Assembly (NCBI GenBank): GCA_951406725.2
Contig: OX597826.1
Span: 17,918,001-17,982,000 of the forward strand
DNA: 64,000 bases
Origin: Octopus vulgaris
Taxonomy: Eukaryota
Direction of reading: 5' to 3'
The notes beneath the pieces were generated by a model. That model made no database searches, was not told the origin of the DNA, and saw nothing but the letters and a program-made list of their open reading frames with translations. Shown in pieces: positions 13,980-27,451 of this stretch (position 1 is the stretch's first letter; each line of letters begins with the position of its first letter). The position numbers and the translations under genes are program-made.

Positions 13980-14401
13980 TTGGCTTCATGTTAAGAAAAG
14001 TGTCTTATATCATCATCATCATCATCATCATTGTATAATGTCTGCTTTCCATGCTGGCATGGGTTGGACAGTTTGACAGGAGCTGGCTGGGCAGAAGACT
14101 ACACCTGGCTTCTGCATCTGTTTTGGCATGGTTTTTACAGATGGATGCCTTTCCTAACACCAACCGACCCGCAGAGTGGACTGGATACTTTTTACATGGC
14201 ACCAGCACCATGAGGGTAACCAAGTAATTTGCAAGACAAGGGGAGGGGCATTGGAGGAGTTGATTGCATGTCAAATGATGAAAGGTTAGAATATGACAGA
14301 GAGACAGAGGCAGAAACAGGTGACTTGCTATAGAAGAGGTACATAGTTACCCAGACAGAGAGAGAGGGGGAAGAGAGAAAGGCAGAGAAAACAATGAGAA
14401 G

Positions 14402-14439
<38 letters not shown>

Positions 14440-16480
14440 ACAGAGAGAAGGAGAGAGAGCTAACAAGAAAGAGGACAGAAACAGGTGCAAAGGAGATACT
14501 TGGGTTACCTAGCCAGAGGGTGAGTCCTCTCCGGAAACTCATGTCGCCAGACATCTCAGTCCATTGTCATTTCCCCCATGAGCCCCAACATCCTGAGGCT
14601 GGTCCTCACCACTTCATCCCATGTCTTCCTGGATCTTCCTCTTCCACAGGTACCATTCATTTTCAGTGACCAGCACTTCTTTATACAGCTGTCTTCATTC
14701 ATACACATCACATATCCAAACCAATGTAGTCTTCTCTCTTGTATGCTGCATTTGATTCCTCTCATGCCCAACTTTTCTCTCACAACATTCATGCTTTGTT
14801 ATTCATGCACACAGATGCTGCACATCCAATGGAGCATACTGCCTTCATTCCTTTCTAGTCCACACATTTCCTCTGCATTCAGAGCCCATGTTTTACTACT
14901 ATGGAGTATAGCCATTGATACACAAGCATCATACAATCTACATTTTGCACAGAGAGAATTCTTTTGTTGCCAACACAAGTAGAAGCCCTCTGAACTTCCT
15001 CCACCCTATTCTTATTCTAGAAACAATACTTTCAGAGCATCCACCACCATTGCTAATTTGATAACTTAAGTAACAGAAACTACATCAAGAGAGCCTCCTC
15101 AGTATTTAAGAGAGCCTAAGTCCTGTGTGCTCTTAGTGCTTATTGTTCCTGCACATCTGAAGCAACCTTATCTGTTAATCTACCTCTGATTCTACTGCAT
15201 CTCTTATGTATCCATAGTTTACACTGGGTGTAGCAAATGGAATTACTTCCAACTCCCTTCCTACATATTGAGTAGGACCATTTAGCTGATGGAAAAATAG
15301 TCTTATCTGTTTTCTTGCTAACAATAACTTTGGTCTTTGCTAGGTTAACCTTAGAACACTTTGATTCTAGATTTTGCTTCCATACCTGGAATTTCTTCTC
15401 TTATTCTGCTTCAGATGCTGCAATAAGAGCAAGGTCATCTGTGTATAGTAGTTCCCACGGGTATCCTGTCTCCATTCCTATGATGAATAGGAGTGGATTA
15501 AGAACTGAGCCCAGGTAAACCCCTACTTGTATACTAAATTCATCAATGTATTCATAGCCAACTCGCACCTTACTGACAGTACTACTGTACATGGCATGTA
15601 TGGCTCAAACAAGATTCTAGCTTCCTTATAGACCACCAGATAACAGAGCAAGGAACTCTGTCAAAAGCTTTCTCCATGTCAATGAAAGCTAAGTACACTG
15701 GTTTACTTTTGGCCAAATACTTTTCTTGCAACTGTCTCACTAGGAAGATGGTATCTGTGGTGCTCCTCCCAGGAACAAAACCAAACTGCATCTCATCTAG
15801 TTTAATTCTATTCCTAATCAATTGAGCTCTATACATACACACACATTATCATCATCATTTAATGTCCATGTTTCATGCTAGCATGGGTGGGACAGTACCA
15901 CAAGCGCTGGCCAGGCCGAAGCCTGCACCAGATTTCGTGACTGTTTTGGCAGGATGTTACAGCTGGATGCCCCTCCTAACACCAACCAATCAGCAGAGTG
16001 GACTTAGTGTTTTTTATGTGGCACAAGCACAGGCGAGGTCTTTACAGCTGGATGCCCTTCCAAACACCAACCACTTTACAGTGTGGACTGGGTGCTTTTC
16101 AGTGACACGTGCAGTGACAGGGTCACCAAGTACTTGAAAGACAAAATCTTTTGAGAGGGGAGGAGACATTGGAGGAGGTGATGATGAAAAGGTTATAGCG
16201 AGACAGATACAGGTGTCTTGCTGTAGAGGAAGTACAAGGTTTCCCAGTCAGAGAGAGAGAGGAAGATCAGGAACAAAGACAGAAACAGGTGTGCTACCAC
16301 AAAGAAAATACACAGTTGCCCAACCTGAGGGAAGTGCAGGAGGAGAGAGAGAGAGAGTGGGAGACCACAGGATGGAGATGGTGGCAAAATGCCGGGCATA
16401 CTCACAAGGAATAAGGATCAAAGTATAAATGAGATGGTTGAGTAAAGGAAGAGAGAGATAGAGCTATTGGCAAATATATA

Positions 16481-16521
<41 letters not shown>

Positions 16522-16747
16522 TTACATATATATTATACAACACATTGTGAATGAGACATACTGAAATAAATTTAAATATTAGAAAGCCTTCACTTACGAC
16601 AGAGAACTATATAATAATACAAACACATTCTTTCAATGCTTTTGATGTGCAGTAAAATGAGGGCTTGGAGTCACCCATTTGCTAATCACTGTTCTGAAGA
16701 TGTACCTATTCTCTTTCACCAATCAATAGCATACATAGAGTGTTTGG

Positions 16748-16790
<43 letters not shown>

Positions 16791-17379
16791 TAAGAAAGTT
16801 AGAGGCTGTGAATCCAACCAACTAAGGGATAATATCTATCCAATCTACTGCTGGTAGAATACCCAATTATTAATACACAGGTGTTTTTTATTGCATTGCA
16901 ATTACATTACCAAGTGTACTAAATGGGTGAAGGTAAAGAGATATTTTACATTTGATTTATAGAGCAATAAGAGAATGGAGGGGATCAATAGGTGGTTCAT
17001 CTACTTTTAGACATTATATTATGTCAACTTATTTATTTACTAAAATGACAATTACAAGAATATACATACATGCATAACATATTATGCTTTACATATAAAA
17101 GTATATTAATATATAAAGATACCAGTAAATATTAAAATATAACAGACAGGAATATAAATTGGGAAACAATTTATTTTTCCAATTTATATTCCTGTCTGTT
17201 ATATTTTAATATTTATTGGTATCTTTATATATTAATATACTTTTATATGTAAAGCATAATATGTTATGCATGTATGTATATTCTTGTAATTGTCATTTTA
17301 GTAAATAAATAAGTTGACATAATATAATGTCTAAAAGTAGATGAACCACCTATTGATCCCCTCCATTCTCTTATTGCCC

Positions 17380-17411
<32 letters not shown>

Positions 17412-18962
17412 TGTATGTATGTATGTATGTATGTATAAGGAAAATAAGAGAAGGCAGAAAATGCTAAAATAATTTTATCCTGAAGAACATTTTATTACTG
17501 GTTTCAGTCATTACGACTTTTTCAACTTAGAGTAAAGTATGAAAAACAATTAAATTGTGGGAAAATTAAATGAAATGTTTTTTTTTAAAATATATTTCCA
17601 TAGTTTTCAAATGGAAGGGACACTTTCCATTTTTCTGCCTGTCTCTGTTTCTCTTTTTTTACTCTTGTGGGTTGTAGGTAGTTAGCAGCAGCTAGTTTGA
17701 TATAAATTCTTGTCTTTGATTGTTTAAGCAGCAGCAGTAGTAGAGAAAGGAGGCAGCAGCGGAGAAGGAGGAGGAGAGAATTTGGGTGTGGTATGACAGT
17801 AGCAGGATGTTGATGGAATCCACTTAAATGGTCCAGTGACCTAAAAGTGACACGTTGTGGATGATAGTAGTGATTGAAATCGTTCTGAATAAATTCTTGA
17901 GGTGACTGTTTTGAATATATCTTTTTTAATATTTGCGTGGGTGTTATTCTAAGGCCCTGGTGACAGTGTCATTTGTTGTGGATGTATTCAAAAGGGGGTT
18001 GGTACTATGTGATAAAGAATGATTCTTTACTAATATGCTGACTACAGGTTGTATCGTCCCTGAATTGATAGAGAGGAAAGATTCTTAAGCTTGGTTGTTT
18101 GTTATTGGCGCAAATGTCGATGTGTTCGCTGAATGCTACTTTTCTGTTTTTTTGAATTTTGATCTGGGATCTGTGCAGAGCCAACCTTTGGTGTAGACTG
18201 GTTTTTGTTTGGCCTATGTATTGCTTTAGACACCTAGAGCAGGTTACTATGTATATCAGGTTCTCTGAAGCACATGTGAAGTTGCCCTTCACAGTGAAAC
18301 GTTGACCCTGTCTGAAAGAGAACTCTGATCCCTCAATTAGATTGATGCCTATACCACAGTTAGGTCTTCTGCATTTTTTTACTGACAGCTTCTGTGTTGT
18401 TGTTGAGTGTATTCAGGCTTGTGTTGGGAAACTTTTCATAGATTTGGGCAATCTTTTGCTCTTTATGATGATGTGGGTTTTGAGAATTAAATTCATTCTG
18501 TGGTCCCTTTTTAGTAGGGGAATGTTTTGGAGGATGGTGTCGAAGGCTTCATTGTTAAGAGGGTTTTGTGTGGAGATGTATAGTAGGGCTTTGGGTTGTA
18601 AATCTTTCTTTAATTTGGGATGTCTGTGTTCGTGGATGTTGAGTTGTAGGTCACGTTGAAAGCATATGTCAATTAGTGATGGTGGGTAGTTCTTGGGGAT
18701 GAGTGTATCCTTTAGTTCATGTAGTCGTGTGTCCCTGGTGCATGTATTAGAAACTATAGTACAAATCCTTTTTGATAGATTGAAAGGGATATTCATTCTA
18801 GTGTGTCTGGGGTGGCATGAATATAAATTACCTATAATTTTTTTATTTTATGCTGACTACCTGATAAAATCATTAATATGATTTTATCCTTCTATTCTAG
18901 TATGTGTGTGTGTATATACATACATATATATATATATACATATACATATATATATATATGTA

Positions 18963-19012
<50 letters not shown>

Positions 19013-20153
19013 CAGTCAGTAACAAAAGTATTACCAAACAAAGAGGAGAGCATATTTGCATATTTGTGCTTTAAAGTAAACATGTATTTTGTGTACAACA
19101 TAGCATAAATCAGAAGTAGTAACTAAACACTCCATGCTTTGATAGGCGAAGGAGATTGGGTGTCTTTTTTGAGGAGCGATCAACAAACTGTGAAGTGGTC
19201 AGTCATGAAATTCTCATTCCAGTTGTAAAACATTTGCCACAACAAATTCCATCTGACCCATGCAAGTATGGAAAAGTGGACATTAAATGATGATGCAGTT
19301 GATATAGATACACACACACGCACATGCACGCGTGCGCTTGTGTGTGTGTGTATGTGTGTTTATGTGTGTGTGTGTGTGTGTGTGTGTGCATATGTGCATG
19401 TGTGTGTTAACATACCAGAGCCCTGCTGTTAAAAGAGGTACTTATCATAAAAAAGAACCAATGATAATTTCTTAAACAGACACAAAACCTTAAAGTAAGA
19501 AGAGATATTCAAGTAAAAAAAACATTCACAACAACAACAATATGGTCTTACAACGTAGGCAGACCAGTATTTTCACAACTCATTCCATTCTCTTTAAGCA
19601 GAATACAAAATTCCTCATATTCATTCTCTCCATTGTAACATACCCTGGTTTCTTGTCGCTTCAGTTCCAACAACCTAATTTTTTCATACTTCCTTCGTTC
19701 TGCTTCTTCTTTTTCTGCTTGGGCTCTTAAGGTTTCTTCTATTAAAAATGAACAAAAATTAAATAAATAAACAAATCTTATAATAATTCTGCTTGTCATT
19801 GCATTACTTAGTCCATTGGTAACACTTTCACATGATTAGAGAAAAAGAGGGAGTGAGAAAAAGAGGGAGAGAGAAACGCCTATGACACGAGGTAGAGGGA
19901 ATGTAATTGTAATACTTTCACATGATTAGTTGAAGGGAAAGAGAGGAGAAAGAAAAAGAGGATAAGGGGAAGAGTGAGACAAAAAGAATGAGAATGAGAA
20001 AGAAAAAGAGAGGGAAAGATGGAGTGAGAGAGGAAAAGTGGGAGGGAGAAGAATCCATGACATGAGGTAGGGGAAGGTAATAATTTTAGCAGAGGGGTGA
20101 TGTTCTGATGGTGAAGCTAAAGAAAGGCAGAGAGAGAGGGAAGAGAGAGGAAG

Positions 20154-20195
<42 letters not shown>

Positions 20196-23100
20196 GATGG
20201 TGGTGGTTGTGGTGGTAGTGGTAGTGGCTGGATAGTGAAAAGTGCATATTTTTAATTAAACTAAGTTTTTTTTTATATCCCCTATCACTTAACGCATGCA
20301 CATATGTGCAATTCTGTGAAATATTTGTGCCTATTTACATGGCAGATATATGCAATTTAACTAAAGATTGTATCATATGTACAGGATATTTGTTTTTGTT
20401 TAAGGGAAAAGAAGAGTAAATATTTATTTTATGAGTGCTGCATATTAAGTCTATTAAATTGTGCATAAAGTATAGAAAGTGCATTAAGTAAACATCCTGT
20501 TCCAATTTCTTTCACTTTCCAATGAGTAGCTGATGAGTGACTCTCTTTCCATACAGACACAACACAGGCTACGCTTTCAGGTTTTTTAGGATAAAGCTTT
20601 CAGAAATAATCCACAAAGTTCACCATTAATTCCGTATCAATAAATAAATAAGGAGATGTGATAGTGGTTATTGTGGTCATGTGCATGTGGTTTGGTGGTT
20701 GTTGGTTGTTTTGTCCTAGAGGAAGTGATACCTGTTGGTGCTGCTTTGCTTAAGCAGGTGTAAACATGCAGATGGTTAGCTGAAGTGACAAAGCATAATC
20801 CAGAGATCTGATTTCCCAGCTATATCATGCTGGTGCTACGTTAAAAGCTCTGGCACCAGCATCACTTAAAAAGCACCCAGTACACTCTGTGGAGTGGTTG
20901 GCATTAGGAAGGGCATCCAGTCATAGAAACCATGCCAGAAAAGACTATGGAGCCTTGCACAGCCCCTGGCCTTAGCAGCTCCAGTCAAACCATCCAACCC
21001 ATGCCAACATGGAAAACAGACTTTAAATCATCATCATCATCATCATCGTCATTGTCATCATCATCATCGTCATCATCTTCGTCGTCATCGTCGTCATCAT
21101 CACCATTCCTCTGCGAAGCTATGTAAACTACATAACACAGTCTGAAATGCAACAGTGCAACGCAATGTGGATAGTCTGGACAGATTGCATTCTCTCTAGT
21201 GATGCCCATGATGGATGTAAGTATGGTGGACTTAGTCAGAGTGCAGTAATTGCTGTTCATCACAGGGCAGTGTTTGCAGCCAGTGAGCCTGTTGGTATTT
21301 CTGTTATTTCTGTGTGTGTGTTCCCCATTCTTGTCAGGACTGAGTGAAATAGTGCTTGTTAGATGTTGTTATAGTTGTGTCCTAGGGTTATTCTATGTGT
21401 GTCTGGATGCTTGGAAGTGCTTTTTCATTTAATAGCGGGGACCGTGATGGGTGAAAATTACTGAGCAAAAAAGCCAAGTCCTTCGTGTATTCAAGTGATC
21501 ATCCCTTTTTTTTAGTATTTTTGTCTTGTTGTGTAAGTGTACAACCTGTTCTGATGCATAGTATACAGCTTTGTGTATTTCATGGTTTTGCTGTGGAGAT
21601 CCCAGACAGTACGAAGTATACTTCAGCATAGATCTTTATGTACTTCTTCTAAGCTATTGTTTTATTGTTTGAGTTGACCAAAGGCTCTACCTGGGAGTGC
21701 TCTAAATAGGTTTCTGCATTCTTTCGCTCCATTTACTGTGTCTTCTTTGCATAGTGTGGATGTGTTGTAAGTAAGTAAGTAGTTTTGTCATCTTTTTTTT
21801 TTATCTTTTTACTTATTTCAGTCATTAGATTGTGGCCATGCTGGGGCACTACCTCGGAGAATCTTTTAGTTGAATCAATCGACCCCCCAGAACTCTTTTT
21901 TAAGCCTGCCGGACCACTAAGTTATAAACACACCAGCACTAGTTGTCAAGTGATGGTGGGGGACAAACACAAACACAAGGACACACACATGTACAACAGG
22001 CTTCCTTCAGTTTCCTTCAACCAAATCTACTCACAAGAAAACACTTGCTCAAAGTGCCGCACGCTGGACTGAACCCAGAACCATGTAGCTGAGAAGCAAG
22101 CTTCTTACCAGACAGTCCTACATGCACCAACTGTGTCTATATAAGTTACACATGTATTGCTGACTGTGATGATTGCTTGTGTTTAGTGTTCTCTGGTACT
22201 GCTTTAAGCCTGTTATTTTGGAACTAGTTTTCCAAGTGACTGGTGTAAGAGTTGTGCAACTACAGGTGGAAAATAAAGGGGAGGATGTGAGTGCAATCTC
22301 ACCTGCATATTAGTGGTGAGTATGTTTCAAGAAAGTGTACAAAGGTTATATATGTATATAGATTGAAAAGAATGGGTGAGACACTACATCCCTGTGGTAC
22401 ACCGATAAACAAAAACCATAAGCAGTTGAAGGGTTGTTCCCTTATATTTCATAGGCTTGACAACCTGACAGGTATTTTACCAGTTGATGCTTTGTGTTGT
22501 TCCCTTAGGTGATATAGATATTTCTTTCTTGTTTAAGGGATAGCGAGTAAAGGAGTTGAAAGTTTGCTAACGTCAGTGATAGTTAAAACTACCATCAGCA
22601 AACTTTCAACTATATTTGTAATATGCAATTTTGGTTGCTGGAGCTGTTATGTGTTCCTTGTGACAGGTTTATTAGTTGTGTGAAGGTTGAATATTGTAGT
22701 CTGAAACTATGTTCATGGTTTACAGAGGAAGATGTCTGCAGTGTTGATGTCAAGATTATCATTTCTAAATTTTTGATGACACATATACAAGAGTGATGTG
22801 TCTGTGTGATATAACTCTAACTTCATTTCAGAATTTTGTTGGATTTTAGAATTATTATGATTTTGCCCATCTTCGAGATTCTATTGCTATTATGGTGTTG
22901 ATGTAAGTAGTCATAGAAGATGGTGAGTGCTGGGATACTAAGTTGTAATTCTTTTGTGCACTTGTGTATTGTGTTTGAGACCCTGTGAGGCCTTTGGCAA
23001 CAGGCTGCTGTCTACTCTTATAGAATTAACCCAACCAAGTAAAATCAAGAGGTCCATCATCATCATCATTTAACGTCCATTTTCCGTGCTAGCAAGGGAT

Positions 23101-26100
23101 GATGATCATGATAATTAGACACATGACTATTGTGTCTAGCTGAACTCAATTTTACCGTTCATCCCCTTGGGGTTGATGAAACAAATTATCAGTCAAGAAC
23201 TGACTTGCCCTTTCCCTTCACAATTGCAAGCCTAGGACCCTTCAAGGGACAGGCAGCATCCTGTTCAGGGAGAATGTTGTGAGATCAATTGCTCATACGC
23301 CATGGAAACTGGGTAACCAGCATTAATATTCCTAGATCTCAAGGGCAAAAGAAAAAAAAGGGAAAATCAGGACAACAATTAATTTGAACTTTGAACCTTC
23401 TTCATTGGTTTTCCTCTCAAGTTCTTCCTTTTCTTTGGATTCAGTGTCTTTTGCCATCAACACCTTCTTCGGTACATTCTTTGGTTCCTTCTTTTTCTTC
23501 TTCTTGGGACCCTGTCAAGAAAAATGGACACATTACTAGATAGGTCAACTGAAATTAACCCTTTATAGCCAGCACTGATTGTAATTGCTATAGAAAATCT
23601 GTAGAGATAACCTTAACACGTGATTTAATAGCACTGCTAACACAGGTAGGACACAGTATTGACTTATAAAGCATTTAATATACTATTTAATATATATACT
23701 AGCAGAGATACCCGGCATTGCCCGTGTTACATGCAATTGAAGAATTAGACTTTTCTGTTATATTTTCTGTAATGAACTGGAATACCTATGTTTCGAATTT
23801 CATCAAAATTGCAGATGAGGGTTATTTCCCTCTTTACACACCCTAAAAAGATTGTAATCGTGCCACATGTATCCCATACTACTGATTTTTATGCGCATAT
23901 TCCAAAATTTCAATCTTATTGAACCTGTTAAAAGGATTTTACTCCTGAAAAATGGAGGTCATGGAGCTCTAAAATGTGAGAGTTTAGGACTCTGTTGGTA
24001 GTGGGCGTCTTAATGTCAACCAGAGAAGTTGAATTGTTGAGAATCATTTTACCTTGGGTCCTATATCTATTGTTTGAATTTCTTTGAAATAGGAAATATA
24101 TGTTCACTGGGTTTGTAAAAGAGAGCAAAGCTACAGGAAACTAAAAGACGAATGATCCCAATAAGCAGTCAGTTACCCTACCCTGGTTGTTACCACTCCC
24201 AATGTAGAATTCTTCACCATCCAGGTGACAGGTACAGCCGTAAGATGCATTATGGATCTATAGCAATTGGAAGGGCGTGACCCAAATGAAATAAACATTA
24301 ACAACTGTGTGACGTGAGGGCTAAAGAGAAATGAAAGTGTCACATCTGGAGTTTGCAAATGACCACTATACCGATAGGTAACTGGACAGAATATATTTAC
24401 AATCTATAAATGTCTTTGAATAACCAGTCACTCATCTGGGAAGGCCTTGAAATTAATGTTACCATCAAGGGACTAAGTGTGACCCAGTGACAATAAGAAG
24501 ACTCAAAGGCAGTCTGCAACCAAATAACTTTACTGAACACTTTGCAACTGAATCAGTGGAGGTGAAGATGCCTCTCGTTTACTTAGAATCCTCATGAGAA
24601 GTGGAAACTTTGAGAATACTTCATCAACATTGAAAATTTATGAATTTCCATGGAGGTTCTTCCCCCTTTAAGCCATCTCAAATTCAAACCAAATGTACTG
24701 CATTATACCCACCCTTATGCATTGAATCTAAGTTCCAAATATTATAAAGATCCATTCAGTAATTTTGGTCCATAAAATTGTATGAAAGACACAGCATTAC
24801 CCTTCTCCCTAGGCTTGGATTTTGTGTTCCAAATTTCACTAGGATCGGTGCAGTAGTTTTCGAATGTATAAGTAACACATGAACACATAAAGACATTGAC
24901 TTTGATATAATAGATATGAATATGCACATATACATTCATGTATGTGTGTGTGTGTGTATAGGTGTATATATGTATGCATGTATATATGTGTATATATATG
25001 TGTACATATTACATATACATCTATATATATACATCTACACATATACATGTATACATATACATCTATATCTATATATATACATCTACACATATACATGTAT
25101 ACATATACATCTCTATATATATACATCTATACATATATATCTATACATATACATCTATATATATATATACATTTGTGCAGATGTATACATATAAATATAT
25201 ATATATATATATGTATACACACACATAATATATATATTATATATATATATATGTATGTATATATGTATGCTTATATATATACTCTCTTTACTCTTTTACT
25301 TGTTTCAGTCATTTGACTGTGGCCATGCTGGAATATCACCTTTAGTCGAGCAAATCGACCCCAGGACTTATTCTTTGTAAGCCTAGTACTTATTCTATCG
25401 GTCTCTTTTACCGAACCGCTAAGTTACGGGGACATAAACACACCAGCATCAGTTGTCAAGTGATGTTGGGGGGAGGGGCAAACACAGACACACAAACATA
25501 CACACACAAATACATATATATATATATACGACAGGCTTCTTTTAGTTTCTGTCTATGAAATCCACTCACAAGGCTTTGCTCGGCCCGAGGCTATAGTAGA
25601 AGACACTTGCTCAAGGTGCCACGCAGTGGGACTGAACCCAGAACCATGTGGTTCGTAAGCAAGCTACTTACCACACAGCCACTCCTACGCCTATGTGAGA
25701 TAATAGTTTCGGTATTAAAGTGAAACTATTAAAGTAAAAATACCTGACACTACAATAGAGAGATGTTATTGTTTCACTTTTGACAGGTAATACTGAAATA
25801 GTGGAGGAGATATGATTTTGCTCTGGGCTCGCACTAGGCAAGAAGTTAAAAATTATTTCGGCCTATGACACTACATGGACCCTAAGTAAGGCATGTGTAA
25901 AATTTGAATGAAATTGGTTGTGTAGTTCTCAAGTGTTAGGGATTCACACAGACGCACAGACACACATTCTCATCTTTATATATATAGATGGTTGCATAAC
26001 GAAATACCTACAAATCATTACTTCAACATAGTTTACCTGGGGCTGCAGGCTAATATAATGAATGTTTACAGCAATAATATTGCTCCAGAAACCAATGCAT

Positions 26101-26729
26101 CTCCAGGCCTGGGAATCGAAATCACAATCTTGCAATCAGGAGTGCAACACTCTAACCACAAGGTCTTGTGCCCCCACACATACAAACGTATAACATACAT
26201 ACAAGCATCCCCATGTTCTGCAACTTCGTGTTATGCAATTCCTGCTTATAGAAATGGTAAATTATGACTGCTAATTTCAGGATACAGTCTATAATTACAC
26301 TTCCACAGAAACTTGGATAAATTTGAAGAATTTAAAGACTACACTTTTTTCAAAAACAAAAGGCCATTTCTCAGCATTTTAGCCAAGATCAAAGTAGTTA
26401 GCAGTTTGAAAAACTATAATCAAAATACACACACAATCTCTCACACATACACACACTCCATACACCCCCCCACACACACATAGACAGTGGTGGGTGAGCT
26501 CGTAAGTGTTTATGCACGCATTACTATAAACATTTATGGTGTAAGGGGGAGATTTTCACTATGAATATTTGCGTGTGGATATGTATATTTTCTTGGGTCA
26601 CCATGAATATCTATCTATATATCTGTCAGTCTGTTTGCCTGTGTCTATCTATCTATCTATCTATCTATCTAAACAGATGATAGATAGACACACAGATAGA
26701 CAAACAGACAGACAGATAGATAGACTGAC

Positions 26730-26772
<43 letters not shown>

Positions 26773-26941
26773 GATAGAGAGAGAGAGAGGAGAGAGACAG
26801 AGACAGAGAGAGACAGACAGATAGAGAGATATAAAGACACATAGATAAAAAGACAGGTAGACAGATAGAAAGACAGATAGATAGATAGATAGATAGATAG
26901 ATGGATGGATGGATGGATGGATGGATGGATGGATGGATAGA

Positions 26942-26985
<44 letters not shown>

Positions 26986-27413
26986 TATATAAAAAAAACA
27001 TCACCCTTCACCACCACAACCACTATGTATCAACAAGACTAATGCAACTAGCATCAACACCAAATCCAATACCACCACTCCCATCACCACCAACTCCTTA
27101 ATGACAAACAACAACAACAACAACAGTAGTATGAACAAGATAAGCAACTCCATCTAAAATATAAAACAATCACACGAAGTAATGTGGTACCCTGGTGTAT
27201 TTTCAATGTTGAATGGAATTTCTTTGATCTTAAGTCAATGAGGATTGACTTGAGATTAAATAGCAACAACAATACTATTAACAAGAACAATATGACCACT
27301 GCTACCAACTATCATCACCACCACCACCACCAATACAATCACCACTACCAACACCACCAGTGTCAGTATGACAGCAATGTCTGGAGCTAGGTATGTGGTA
27401 CAGCAACCCAACA

Positions 27414-27451
<38 letters not shown>

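Noticed and set aside
24960-25170. Regularly spaced repeats resembling an array
   Set aside because: Degenerate (TACATA)-based minisatellite with no unique spacers; not CRISPR-like.
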